Program-made: the position numbers and the translations under genes
Notes under the pieces: model-generated
Seen by the model: the letters and a program-made list of their open reading frames with translations, nothing else
What the model was told of the DNA's origin: nothing
Databases searched by the model: none
Shown: in pieces, positions 9,140 to 18,291 of the stretch
How the letters are laid out: the number at the start of each line of letters is the position of its first letter
Numbering within the stretch: position 1 is the first letter of the stretch
Assembly: GCA_034520965.1 (NCBI GenBank)
Contig: JAXHMY010000009.1
Coordinates: 64,001-128,000 of the forward strand
Direction: 5' to 3'
Length of the DNA: 64,000 nucleotides
Source: Spirochaetia bacterium
GTDB taxonomy: Bacteria; Spirochaetota; Spirochaetia; DSM-16054; Sediminispirochaetaceae

Positions 9140-11011
9140 ATGAGTTCATCACAGACACAGTATCTATTTTTCTCCGGCAAGGGGGGTGTTGGCAAAACGA
9201 CGATGGCCTGCGCCACCGCAGTTGAGAATGCCGAAGCGGGAAAGCGCACCCTCATCGTCACAACCGATCCGGCGTCAAACCTTTCAGACGTTTTTGAGAC
9301 CGAAATCGGCCATACTGTCAGGCCTTTGGGAGAGAGCCACGGAATAACCGGACTCTACGGTATGGAAATTGACCCGGATCTGGCTACAGAGGAGTACCGG
9401 GAGCGGATTCTCGCACCTATGAGGGCGGTAATGCCGGAGAGCGTGATCAAGGTAATGGAGGAGCAGTTTAACTCGCCATGCACCACGGAGATAGCCTCTT
9501 TCGACCGTTTCGTGGACTTCATGTCCGAAGGCGCCGACTGGGATGTGGTTATTTTTGATACGGCCCCAACAGGCCATACCCTTCGACTCCTGGAGCTTCC
9601 GGTAGACTGGAGCACGCACATCGAAGAGAGTGCCAAGGGGACCGGTAACACCTGCATAGGTCCGGTTGCCTCGATTCAGGAAAACAAGGTCAAATATGAT
9701 GAGGCAACCCGGCTCCTGGCCGATCCGGAACGAACGGAGTTTACCTTCGTGCTCCTGCCCGAGGAGACTTCCATTTACGAGACAAAGCGGTCATCAGCAG
9801 AGCTTGCGGAGATCGGCATAAAAAACACACGTCTTATTGTCAATGGTATTCTTCCGGAAGATGTTTGCGATCATCCGTTCTTTCGCAGTCGCTACGATAT
9901 GCAGCAGAGACACCTGATTCAAATTGGAGAAGAGTTCTCTTCTCCATTGAAGTACATGTACCAGCGAGACGGCGAAATAAAGGGCGTTGTGGGGCTTAAA
10001 CATATAGCTCGGGACCTCTTTGCCGGAAAAAACCACCACCCACAGTATTCACTCGGTTCCCCCGAAATCGGAGGAGAGGCGGAGTATGAGGTGCAGGACT
10101 CCCGCTCTCTCATGGATACGATTCGCCCGAGCACCGAAAAAACCAAGGCGATATTCTTTACCGGTAAGGGCGGCGTCGGCAAGACGGCAGTCTCCTGTGC
10201 TACCGCATTCGCCCTTGGGCGGGCCGGTTTCAAAACCCTCCTGCTGACCACCGATCCAGCCTCACATATCGGCCAGGTCCTGGAGCAGCCGGTGGGCGAT
10301 ACGATTACCGCTGTTAAGGATGCTCAGAATCTCGACGCAGTCATGATTGATCAGGAACAGGCGGTAATAGAGTACAAGGAGCGAATTCTTGAGGATGCAA
10401 AGAAGAAATACTCGGAAGATATGCTCCTGGCGGTTCGAGAGGAACTCGAATCTCCCTGTACCGAGGAGATGGCAGCCTTTGACAAGTTTATGTGGTACGT
10501 AGAAAAAGAGGAGTACGACATAGTTGTATTCGACACAGCTCCCACGGGGCATACATTACGGCTCCTTGAGCTCCCCTTCGACTACGCCGACCAGGTAGGA
10601 ATGATGGTCACCACCACCGGAGAAGGGAATACGGCTAAGAGCGAGACCCAGGCCCGGTTTGACCGAATTATTAAGCAAATGAAAGATCCCGAGCGCAGTG
10701 CCTTCGGTTTTGTTGTCTACCCGGAGTCGACACCCGTGGTTGAGGCGTACCGGGCTATGGAAGATCTGCGGGCAGCGGGAATCGACACACAATTTGTGGT
10801 AGCAAACCAGGTGCTTGAAGAGGAGTATTGCAGCAACGACTTCTTCCGCAAGCGGCGTGCGATGCAGGAGAAGTACCTGGGTGAAATCAATCGTCTGTTT
10901 AAGCTGCCGGTGACAATCATGCCGCTTTTTGAGACTGAGATCACCGGACTGGAGATGGTGGAACGGGGAGCCGATGCGCTTTTTGCCAACACAGCCGTAT
11001 CCTGCACTTAG
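9140..11011 (+). CDS. arsA: Arsenite-activated ATPase ArsA (two NBDs)
   Basis: Two GKGGVGKT and two DTAPTGH motifs; metal-site Cys in SPCTTEI, TCIGP and SPCTEEM. Confidence 0.95.
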   Translation: MSSSQTQYLFFSGKGGVGKTTMACATAVENAEAGKRTLIVTTDPASNLSDVFETEIGHTVRPLGESHGITGLYGMEIDPDLATEEYRERILAPMRAVMPESVIKVMEEQFNSPCTTEIASFDRFVDFMSEGADWDVVIFDTAPTGHTLRLLELPVDWSTHIEESAKGTGNTCIGPVASIQENKVKYDEATRLLADPERTEFTFVLLPEETSIYETKRSSAELAEIGIKNTRLIVNGILPEDVCDHPFFRSRYDMQQRHLIQIGEEFSSPLKYMYQRDGEIKGVVGLKHIARDLFAGKNHHPQYSLGSPEIGGEAEYEVQDSRSLMDTIRPSTEKTKAIFFTGKGGVGKTAVSCATAFALGRAGFKTLLLTTDPASHIGQVLEQPVGDTITAVKDAQNLDAVMIDQEQAVIEYKERILEDAKKKYSEDMLLAVREELESPCTEEMAAFDKFMWYVEKEEYDIVVFDTAPTGHTLRLLELPFDYADQVGMMVTTTGEGNTAKSETQARFDRIIKQMKDPERSAFGFVVYPESTPVVEAYRAMEDLRAAGIDTQFVVANQVLEEEYCSNDFFRKRRAMQEKYLGEINRLFKLPVTIMPLFETEITGLEMVERGADALFANTAVSCT

Positions 11012-11060
11012 AAGGGCCCGGATCGTGAAAATAATACATTTTATATGAGGAGAAGAAACT

Positions 11061-11297
11061 ATGTCGAATCTTGACGCACGAGAGAAAGAGTTAGTAGCTA
11101 TTGGTGCCGCCTATGCCGGCAACTGCATCCCATGCATGGAGTATCATATACCTGCAGCCCGAAAGGCCGGGTTGACGGATGAACAGATTCAGGAAGCTAT
11201 CGAGCTTGCTGAAAAAGTGAAGCAGGTTCCGGCTAAGAAGGTGCTCGATACAGCAAAGTTGCTTATCGCGGGAGTCGGCGGCGGCATTAAAGTATAA
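11061..11297 (+). CDS. Carboxymuconolactone decarboxylase (AhpD-like) family protein
   Basis: REKELVAIGA...NCIPCMEYH...ARKAG.T.EQI.EA pattern. Confidence 0.85.
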   Translation: MSNLDAREKELVAIGAAYAGNCIPCMEYHIPAARKAGLTDEQIQEAIELAEKVKQVPAKKVLDTAKLLIAGVGGGIKV

Positions 11298-11337
11298 TGC
11301 TGCCGTCACGAAGAATTCATAGAAACAGGAGGATTAA

Positions 11338-11724
11338 ATGGCTGAACAGACAAAAAATATAGATACACTTATCGCTGCGGCTCAGGAGTTTGCAGAAGGA
11401 GTCGCCCAAACAGCGGAATACCACGAGTTTCAAACCGCTGTCGATGCGTATCACAAAGACGAAGAGGCTCTGGAGCTCTTGCAAAAGTTCCAAACGGCTC
11501 AAGAGCAAGCACAAAAGTTTGAGCCCTGGGGAGGAGTTTCAACTGGAGGCGAAGAAGATCTGGAGACGCTTCAGGCGAAAGTGTTGGCACAACCGATGCT
11601 TGCCCGATACTTCAGCTCTCAAGAGACGCTTCTTCAGGCGCTCCAGGAGACAAACATCTATATGGCCGACAAGTTGGGGTTTGATTTTGCCGGGCTCACC
11701 AAACCAGCCGGTGGCTGTTGTTAA
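11338..11724 (+). CDS. YlbF/YmcA-like helical protein ending in Cys-Cys
   Basis: AQEFAE...EYHEFQTA...D.EALELL..FQ pattern; C-terminus GGCC*. Confidence 0.75.
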   Translation: MAEQTKNIDTLIAAAQEFAEGVAQTAEYHEFQTAVDAYHKDEEALELLQKFQTAQEQAQKFEPWGGVSTGGEEDLETLQAKVLAQPMLARYFSSQETLLQALQETNIYMADKLGFDFAGLTKPAGGCC

Positions 11725-11748
11725 AGCTTCGAATAAAGAGGATGCAGT

Positions 11749-12120
11749 ATGATTAGTAGAGAACTACAGAACACAGCGGACACCTTGGTGACCGCATTAG
11801 AAAAAAACGAGAGCATTTCAGCTTATCAGGCGGCAAAACGTCGCTCTGAGGAAAACGAGGAGCTCAAGCAGCTTCGGGCGACCTATTCCGAACTACTGCC
11901 CGAGCTCCAGCAAAAGCAAGCGGACGGGACCCTCACGCAGGAGGACATTGGAAGCTTACGCTCCCTCCAGGAACAAATCAATCAACACCCGGCCTCCGTC
12001 GAATTACTTCGCACCCTGCAGGAGGCAACTCCGATACTGAAAGAGTGCAACAGTACGATAAGCCGGATCCTGGGATTCGACTTCTCTGCACACGCAGCAC
12101 CGCCTTCCGGGTGTTGTTAA
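11749..12120 (+). CDS. YlbF/YmcA-like helical protein ending in Cys-Cys
   Basis: Helical YlbF-like pattern; C-terminus LGFDFSAHAAPPSGCC* parallels LGFDFAGLTKPAGGCC* of the preceding gene. Confidence 0.72.
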   Translation: MISRELQNTADTLVTALEKNESISAYQAAKRRSEENEELKQLRATYSELLPELQQKQADGTLTQEDIGSLRSLQEQINQHPASVELLRTLQEATPILKECNSTISRILGFDFSAHAAPPSGCC

Positions 12121-12139
12121 CCACCGGTTTGGACGATAC

Positions 12140-13386
12140 GTGTCTATGCCTGCAATAAAGCAGAATACCCGGGTGCGCAGATACGCGCGCCTTCTTGTAA
12201 AGGTGGCAGTGAACATTCAGCCGGGGCAGCGATTCACCATATGGAAGGCCCCGGTCGACGCTGCTCCCTTTGTGCGGATGCTTACCGAAGAAGCATATAT
12301 TGCCGGAGCCTCGTATGTAGATGTTTTCTGGCGGGACGATCACCTGGAATTGATCCGCCTCATGCGCACAGCTCCTTCGGTCTACACCGATCGCCCTGAT
12401 TGGGAAGTGACTGTTATGGAAAACTCGGCGAGACAGGGGGTGCATTTCTCTTTTTTGACTGCACCTGTGCGGGGGTCTTTGACAATACCCCAACGGCAAT
12501 GGTAGCCCGAGCGCTGGCATTGGAGAGCGAACATCTTCAACGGGTCTGGCAGTTTTTTGTGCGCAATACGGTCAACTGGTCAATTGCCACGGTTCCGACT
12601 CCAAGCTGGGCACACAAGGTGTTCCCGGAGCTCCCGGTCGAAGAGGGAATACAGGAGCTCTGGGAGACCATTTTTGTCACTTGTCGTATAGATACGGAGA
12701 ATTACGTTGAACGATGGGAGCGACACCGAAGCACCCTGGAGGATCGTAGTCGATTGCTCAATGATTTACGCCTTAGAGCACTCCACTTTGAAGGTCCCGG
12801 GACAGAGTTGAGAGTGGGGCTTCCCCGCGGTCACGTATGGCGCAATCCCGGTTTCGTGACGCAAGACGGAATACCCTTCATCGCGGATATCCCAATAGAA
12901 GAGGTGTTTACCCTGCCGCATCGAAATGAGGTGGAAGGCCATGTTCGTTCGACCAGGCCTTTTGTGGTGAACGGACGAACCGTCGATGATTTCACCCTGC
13001 GGTTTCAGAGAGGAAGGATCACCAGTATCGAGGGGTGCAGGCAGGATCAGGAGATGCTTCGCACGCTTATAAACAACAATGAAGGTGCGGATCGGCTCGG
13101 CGAGGTGGCTCTGGTTCCCGTAGACTCACTGGTGGCTAATCGCGACCGCCCCTATTACAACACCCTGTTCGATGAAAACTCCTCCTCTCACCTCGCCTTT
13201 GGTCGTGCGTACCGTTTCTGTCTCGATGGCGGCGAGGAGCTGTCAGAGGAGAAATTCCTCGCCGCCGGGGGCAATGTTAGCTCCGTTCATGTGGATTTCA
13301 TGGTTGGTTCGACGGAGGTACATGTTTTTGGTGAGACATGGGATGGGCTGCGGATACCGATTATGCAAAATGGAGTGTGGAGTTAG
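12140..13386 (+). pseudogene. M29 (AmpS/PepS) aminopeptidase, frameshifted near 12450
   Basis: N-terminal RRYARLLVKVAVNIQPGQ in one frame; PIEEVFT, LGEVALV, LFDEN...HLAFG and VHVDFM in another; T-run near the switch (possible sequencing error). Confidence 0.85.
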
Positions 13387-13439
13387 ACGCAAGCGATGAA
13401 TACATCAAACATCAATATATAAAGAATGTTCGAGTTAAG
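13378..13439. repeat. Chimeric repeat: copy of 6196-6237 fused to copy of 7325-7350
   Basis: 13378-13419 equals 6196-6237; 13414-13439 equals 7325-7350; they overlap at AATATA. Confidence 0.9.
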
Positions 13440-13732
13440 CCTGAGTAAAGCTGCTTTAGCTTTCCGGTCAGGATTGTTTGCATCTGAGCCGGGGATATGC
13501 CCTCAAAATCATCCAGGCCTTTGGTGTTTTTCTCTTCCATGAAGCTGTTCATGAAGGATTGGGCTTCCGAAAGGTTGGAGAACTCCCGGCCTTTCATTTC
13601 GGCAGCGATGCTTTTCTGGGTCTCTGTAGCCATGTTGGGTTTTCCTAGAAACTCCCTGAAGGTGGCGGGATAGGCATCATCGGGCAGACTCTCGCAGTAA
13701 GCCTCGTAGCGGCCCATCGCGTAGGACGCCAA
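13440..13732 (-). pseudogene. Fragment of a hypothetical protein
   Basis: Protein-like segment (NTKGLDDFEGISPAQM) cut off at the chimeric repeat. Confidence 0.35.
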
Positions 13733-13973
13733 GCCGAGCAGTGAGCGTAGCGAACGACCGGGCCCTGCAACCCGAGCTATGTATGATTATTTTGGTAATG
13801 AAAAAAGAGTCGTGTGTTACCTGACATAAGTGAAATAGCCGCCAATTTAAATTATAAATTTCATAATGTAGTTATCCTGAGCACAATAATTGTCTGATGC
13901 TGCTTTTTATTGTAAAGGTACGATCAAATTAAGTAGAAATATGTTGAAAATAGCACTTTCAAGTAATCTATTG

Positions 13974-14002
13974 TTGACAGGAAGAATAAGCTATTTTATC
14001 AT
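13974..14002 (+). promoter_or_regulatory. Sigma70-type promoter of the oxidoreductase/rhodanese operon
   Basis: TTGACA-17bp-TATCAT. Confidence 0.65.
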
Positions 14003-14176
14003 GCAGTCAGTATTGCTTAGAATTTATGTAATGCTTGCGACATATAGGACTTTTTTAACCTAACACCGCGTTCGGCGCCATTTGGCAAGCGTAACGCTTG
14101 GGAAGACTTGTGTAAAACCACCAGATGTCCAGGTGCTTGGCAAGATAAAGGTATTCAATTTTTAGGAGGAATATGT

Positions 14177-15994
14177 ATGAATCCAACTACGGTTAAAGAT
14201 ATGCTAACCGTTGTCGAGAGTTGCATGGGTGATGCACCCCCGTATTGTCATACGGCATGCCCAATGCATACCGACGTAAAAGGTTACGTCAACCTGATCG
14301 CGGATGGTAAACACAAAGAAGCGATTCAGACAATCCGGGAAAAGCTGTTTCTTCCCAAAACCCTTGGACGGGTTTGCGCCCATCCCTGCGAGGAGCAGTG
14401 TAAACGAAACGAGGTGGGTAATGCGATGTCGATTGCGGCGCTCAAACGCTTTGTCGCAGACAACTACGACGATGAGAATGATTGGGACCTCACCTGCGAA
14501 GCGGAGCGACCAGAAAAAATTGCGGTTATTGGAGCAGGACCTGCCGGAGCGCAGGCAGCTCTCGATTTGCGTCGCAACGGATACCAGGTAACGATTTACG
14601 AGAAACATCCGGTTGTGGGCGGTATGTTGTATGTTGGAATACCTTCATACCGGCTGCCGCGGGAAATTATCAATGCTGAATACAGTCTCCTGAACCGTCT
14701 TGGTGTTCGCTTTGAGCTGTCAACTGAAGTTGGCAAGGACATTCCCTTTGATGATCTTGTAGAACAGTATGATGGCGTGGTTATAGCGATTGGTGCACAC
14801 AAGGGATTCAAGCTCCCCGTAAAGGGTGCGGAACTGCCTGGTGCGGTGCAGGCGGTCGATTTTCTGCGTGAGGTGAGTCTGACGGGAAAGTACGAAGGCT
14901 TCGGTAAACGTGTTACCATTATTGGCGGTGGTAACGTTGCCCTTGACTCTGCTCGTACGGCGATACGTCTTGGTGCCGAGAAAGTCCACCTGGTTTGTCT
15001 TGAGCGTGATATCAAGGAAATGTTCGCCCACGACTGGGAAGTTGAGGAAGCCGTTGAAGAAGGCGTCATTCTGCACAACTCCTGGGGTACCGATACGATT
15101 GAGGGTAACGGAAAGGTCGAACGAATCAACCTGAAGAAGTGTATCCAGGTATTCGACCCGAAAGGCCGCTTCAACCCCGCTTATGACGAACAGAACAAGG
15201 ATACGATCGAGACGGACATGGTGATCTTTGCAATCGGCCAGGGTGTGGACAGCGAATTTGCAACGTCGGTGGAAGTTGGTCGGGGCGGTCGCTTTGTCGT
15301 CGACGCGAAAACACTCCAGACCACCAATCGTAAAGTATTTGCCTGCGGCGACGGCACCGGCATCTCGCTTATGGCTGTCGAGGCGATGTCGGAGGGAAGG
15401 ATTGCGGCAGAATCGCTGCATCGGTACCTGAACGGTCGGGATATGCGTTCCAACCGGGATCACGAAAGAGCGTACCGCACCAGCCTTGAGACGACGATTC
15501 CGGCAGATGACACAAATCCTGTTCGGGTCGAGACCCGGAAGATGGATATCGCGACGCGCAAACAAACGTTTAGCGAGGTGGACCTCGGTTTCTCTGAAGA
15601 AGAGGCTCTTAACGAGGCTTCCCGATGTCTTAAATGCGAGTGCCGTCTCTGTGTCAAAGAGTGCCTCATGCTTCAGGAGTATTCGCCGGACAGTCCCAAG
15701 ACCTATTTCAAGGAGGTACTGATCAACGGCAAACTGGATGCTATCACCCCCTTCTCCTGTAATATGTGCGGTACCTGCACACTGGTCTGTCCGAGGGATT
15801 TTAGACTTCAGGAAATTTTCATGAATATGCGGAAAGAACTGGTTGCGGCCAATCACGGCAAGTCGCCGATGAAGGGTCACAAAGCGATCGAAATGCATCA
15901 GCTGTTGGGCTTCTCCCGCATCTTCAATACAACACAAGCGGCCAAAACTTCTGGTAGCAACGGCAAGGAAAAGTCCGCAGGAGGTAGCAAATGA
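14177..15994 (+). CDS. FAD/NAD(P)-dependent Fe-S oxidoreductase (GltD/NfnB-like) with C-terminal 4Fe-4S dicluster
   Basis: CHTACP, GRVCAHPCE, GAGPAG, GGGNVALD, EASRCLKCECRLCVKEC and CNMCGTCTLVCP; AGGAGG RBS. Confidence 0.9.
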   Translation: MNPTTVKDMLTVVESCMGDAPPYCHTACPMHTDVKGYVNLIADGKHKEAIQTIREKLFLPKTLGRVCAHPCEEQCKRNEVGNAMSIAALKRFVADNYDDENDWDLTCEAERPEKIAVIGAGPAGAQAALDLRRNGYQVTIYEKHPVVGGMLYVGIPSYRLPREIINAEYSLLNRLGVRFELSTEVGKDIPFDDLVEQYDGVVIAIGAHKGFKLPVKGAELPGAVQAVDFLREVSLTGKYEGFGKRVTIIGGGNVALDSARTAIRLGAEKVHLVCLERDIKEMFAHDWEVEEAVEEGVILHNSWGTDTIEGNGKVERINLKKCIQVFDPKGRFNPAYDEQNKDTIETDMVIFAIGQGVDSEFATSVEVGRGGRFVVDAKTLQTTNRKVFACGDGTGISLMAVEAMSEGRIAAESLHRYLNGRDMRSNRDHERAYRTSLETTIPADDTNPVRVETRKMDIATRKQTFSEVDLGFSEEEALNEASRCLKCECRLCVKECLMLQEYSPDSPKTYFKEVLINGKLDAITPFSCNMCGTCTLVCPRDFRLQEIFMNMRKELVAANHGKSPMKGHKAIEMHQLLGFSRIFNTTQAAKTSGSNGKEKSAGGSK

Positions 15995-16758
15995 CACCGA
16001 CAAAACGTATCTTTTTCCCAGGATGCAGCCTTCCTTCGTATAACCCGGAGGCGGTTGAAAAAATGATGGAACACCTGAAGGAGCGCCTTCCTGGAACAGG
16101 AGCGATTCTCAAGTGCTGCGGTAAGCCCACCAAGGCCCTTGGCCAGGTGGATAAATTCAAGAAGCGGTACGCCGGTGTACAGAAAGAGTTTGACCGGCTC
16201 GGGGCCGAAGAGATTATCGTCGCCTGCCAGTCCTGTTTTCTGACCCTTTCGGAGTACAGCCCGAAGCAAAAAATACGCTCGCTCTGGACGTTGCTGCCGG
16301 AAATCGGACTGCCCGAGGCCTCCCGCGGTATCGGCAAGGATAGCGACATCACCTTTGCGATTCATGATTCCTGTTCAACCCGGTACCGGTCGGATATCCA
16401 CGAAGGTGTTCGCTGGATCATGGACGAACTCGGATATAAGTATGAGGAACCGCCACATACCAAGGGGTCGACCCTCTGCTGCGGTTTTGGCGGAATGATT
16501 CTGCCGGCCAACCCGGAGCTTGCGCAGCGGATCATGGAGAACCGCACCTCCGAGGTGGAGTCTGAGTACATGGTCACGTACTGTGCGGCGTGCCGCGGGT
16601 CGATGATGATGGGTGGCAAAACTGCTCTTCATATACTTGACCTAATATTCGGCGGTCCCTGGAACTCGAAGTCTACATTTCCCGGTTCCGGCACCACGAT
16701 TGAATCGTGGAAGAACCGGCGGAAGGCAAAAAAGGGACTTGAAACCGTGCTTTCTTAA
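15991..16758 (+). CDS. CCG-domain Fe-S protein (HdrB/GlpC-like)
   Basis: FFPGC, KCCG, ACQSC, HDSC, LCCGFGG and YCAAC; ATGA overlap with the upstream gene. Confidence 0.88.
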   Translation: MTPTKRIFFPGCSLPSYNPEAVEKMMEHLKERLPGTGAILKCCGKPTKALGQVDKFKKRYAGVQKEFDRLGAEEIIVACQSCFLTLSEYSPKQKIRSLWTLLPEIGLPEASRGIGKDSDITFAIHDSCSTRYRSDIHEGVRWIMDELGYKYEEPPHTKGSTLCCGFGGMILPANPELAQRIMENRTSEVESEYMVTYCAACRGSMMMGGKTALHILDLIFGGPWNSKSTFPGSGTTIESWKNRRKAKKGLETVLS

Positions 16759-16767
16759 GGTTTTACC

Positions 16768-16810
16768 CACCCGGATCTGGCTGCTTAAGGCCCCTCCGGG
16801 TGTATTTTTT
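16768..16810 (+). terminator. Terminator-like hairpin (second copy ~18200-18242)
   Basis: CACCCGGA...TCCGGGTG stem followed by a T-run. Confidence 0.5.
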
Positions 16811-16859
16811 ATCCTGCGTTTTTTCGCAGGAAAGATTTATCATTACAGGAGTTTGAACA

Positions 16860-17969
16860 ATGAAAAGGATTCTCTTTTTCGGACTGGTTCTCCTGGCAGT
16901 TATTTCGGCAACTTCCCTCTTTGGGGTGGATATTGAGCCGAAATACCAGGAGTACGCTCGCTCTGAGATCTTGATCAGCCCGGAACGGGCGCAGTACCTG
17001 ATGCAGAACGAGGATAATATAGTCGTTGTGGATGTGCGTGATGAGGGAGACTACGAGGCGGGACATCTTCCCGGTGCAGTCAATACATTTCGTAAAGATT
17101 ACGGCGCCCGCGGCGGCGAGTACAACTTAATGTGTATGCGAGTGGATTCTGCAAAGATTCACGAGCTTCTTGGCACCCTTGGAATCGACGGTAACAGCCG
17201 CATCATTGTCTATTCGGCTGGTTCCGGCTTCGATTCGTTTCGTTTCGCGTGGCTCGTCACTATGTACGGACACGACCGGGAGAAGGTGCATATCATCGAC
17301 GGTTTCTTTCCTGCCTGGAAAGCTGCAGGACTGCCTACTACCACCGATAAACCTTCAGTAAGCCCGGTACGCTACCAGCCCCCGGGCACGGTGGACGAGT
17401 CACGGCTTGCACTCATTGAGGATGTGGACCGGGCGCTCAAAGACCCGAATGTGATTATCCTTGATACCCGGACCCCTGCAGAGTGGTGGGGTATTGCGCA
17501 GTACGAGGGTGCGTCCCGCAAGGGCCACATTCCCGGAGCAATCCACATCAACTATGCCGAGAACTTTACCGATGAAGGCATCAAGTCCGCTGCAGAACTG
17601 CGGGCCCTCTATGAGGCGGCCGGCGTCACTCCCGACAAGGAGATTATCGCCTACTGTCAGTCCGGCATACGTTCTTCTCTGACAACCACCATTCTTGCCG
17701 ATGTACTTGGTTATCCCAACGTCAAAAACTACGACGGCTCGTGGGTAGAGTGGAGCTATGATCGCGATCGCCCTGTCACCGCGTATTTTCTTTACATTGT
17801 ATCAGCAGTATTTATCCTTGGTATAGTTGTTATCGGAGCGGCATACATTGTGAAGAGACGAAAAGGCAAGAGCAGCAAACTCCTGAAAATCGATCTGCTT
17901 GTTCTTATTATCTATGCGATTTTTCTGATGTGGTATTTTAACCTCTTCAGCTTAATCAGCGGATCATGA
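16860..17969 (+). CDS. Exported tandem-rhodanese sulfurtransferase, truncated duplicate lacking the DedA domain
   Basis: Near-identical to the N-terminal 366 aa of 18292-19980; ends at the duplication junction. Confidence 0.8.
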   Translation: MKRILFFGLVLLAVISATSLFGVDIEPKYQEYARSEILISPERAQYLMQNEDNIVVVDVRDEGDYEAGHLPGAVNTFRKDYGARGGEYNLMCMRVDSAKIHELLGTLGIDGNSRIIVYSAGSGFDSFRFAWLVTMYGHDREKVHIIDGFFPAWKAAGLPTTTDKPSVSPVRYQPPGTVDESRLALIEDVDRALKDPNVIILDTRTPAEWWGIAQYEGASRKGHIPGAIHINYAENFTDEGIKSAAELRALYEAAGVTPDKEIIAYCQSGIRSSLTTTILADVLGYPNVKNYDGSWVEWSYDRDRPVTAYFLYIVSAVFILGIVVIGAAYIVKRRKGKSSKLLKIDLLVLIIYAIFLMWYFNLFSLISGS

Positions 17970-18190
17970 AGAACCGTACCTCTGAGGTGGAGTCTGAGCA
18001 CATGGTCACTTACTGTGTGGCGTGCCGCGGGTCGATTATGATGGGCGGCAAAACTGCTCTTCATATACTTGACCTTATATTTGGCGGTCCCTGGAATTCG
18101 CAGTCTACATTTCCCGGTTCCGGCACCACGATTGAATCGTGGAAGAACCGGCGGAAGGCAAAAAAGGGACTTGAATCCGTGCTTGCTTAA
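17966..18190 (+). pseudogene. Duplicated 3' fragment of the CCG protein gene
   Basis: Near-identical to the last 74 aa of 15991-16758. Confidence 0.85.
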
Positions 18191-18291
18191 GGCTTTACCT
18201 ACCCGGATCTGGCTGCTTTGGGCCCCTCCGGGTGTATTTTTTATCCTGCGTTTTTTCGCAGGAAAGATTTATCATTACAGGAGTTTGAACA

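Noticed and set aside
14040..14160. Moco, cobalamin or SAM riboswitch
   Set aside because: Only isolated words match (ACCTAA, GGGAAG); the conserved cores were not found
14720..16003. 427-aa minus-strand ORF (likewise 56063-57211 and 44288-45025)
   Set aside because: Antisense shadows of well-supported genes
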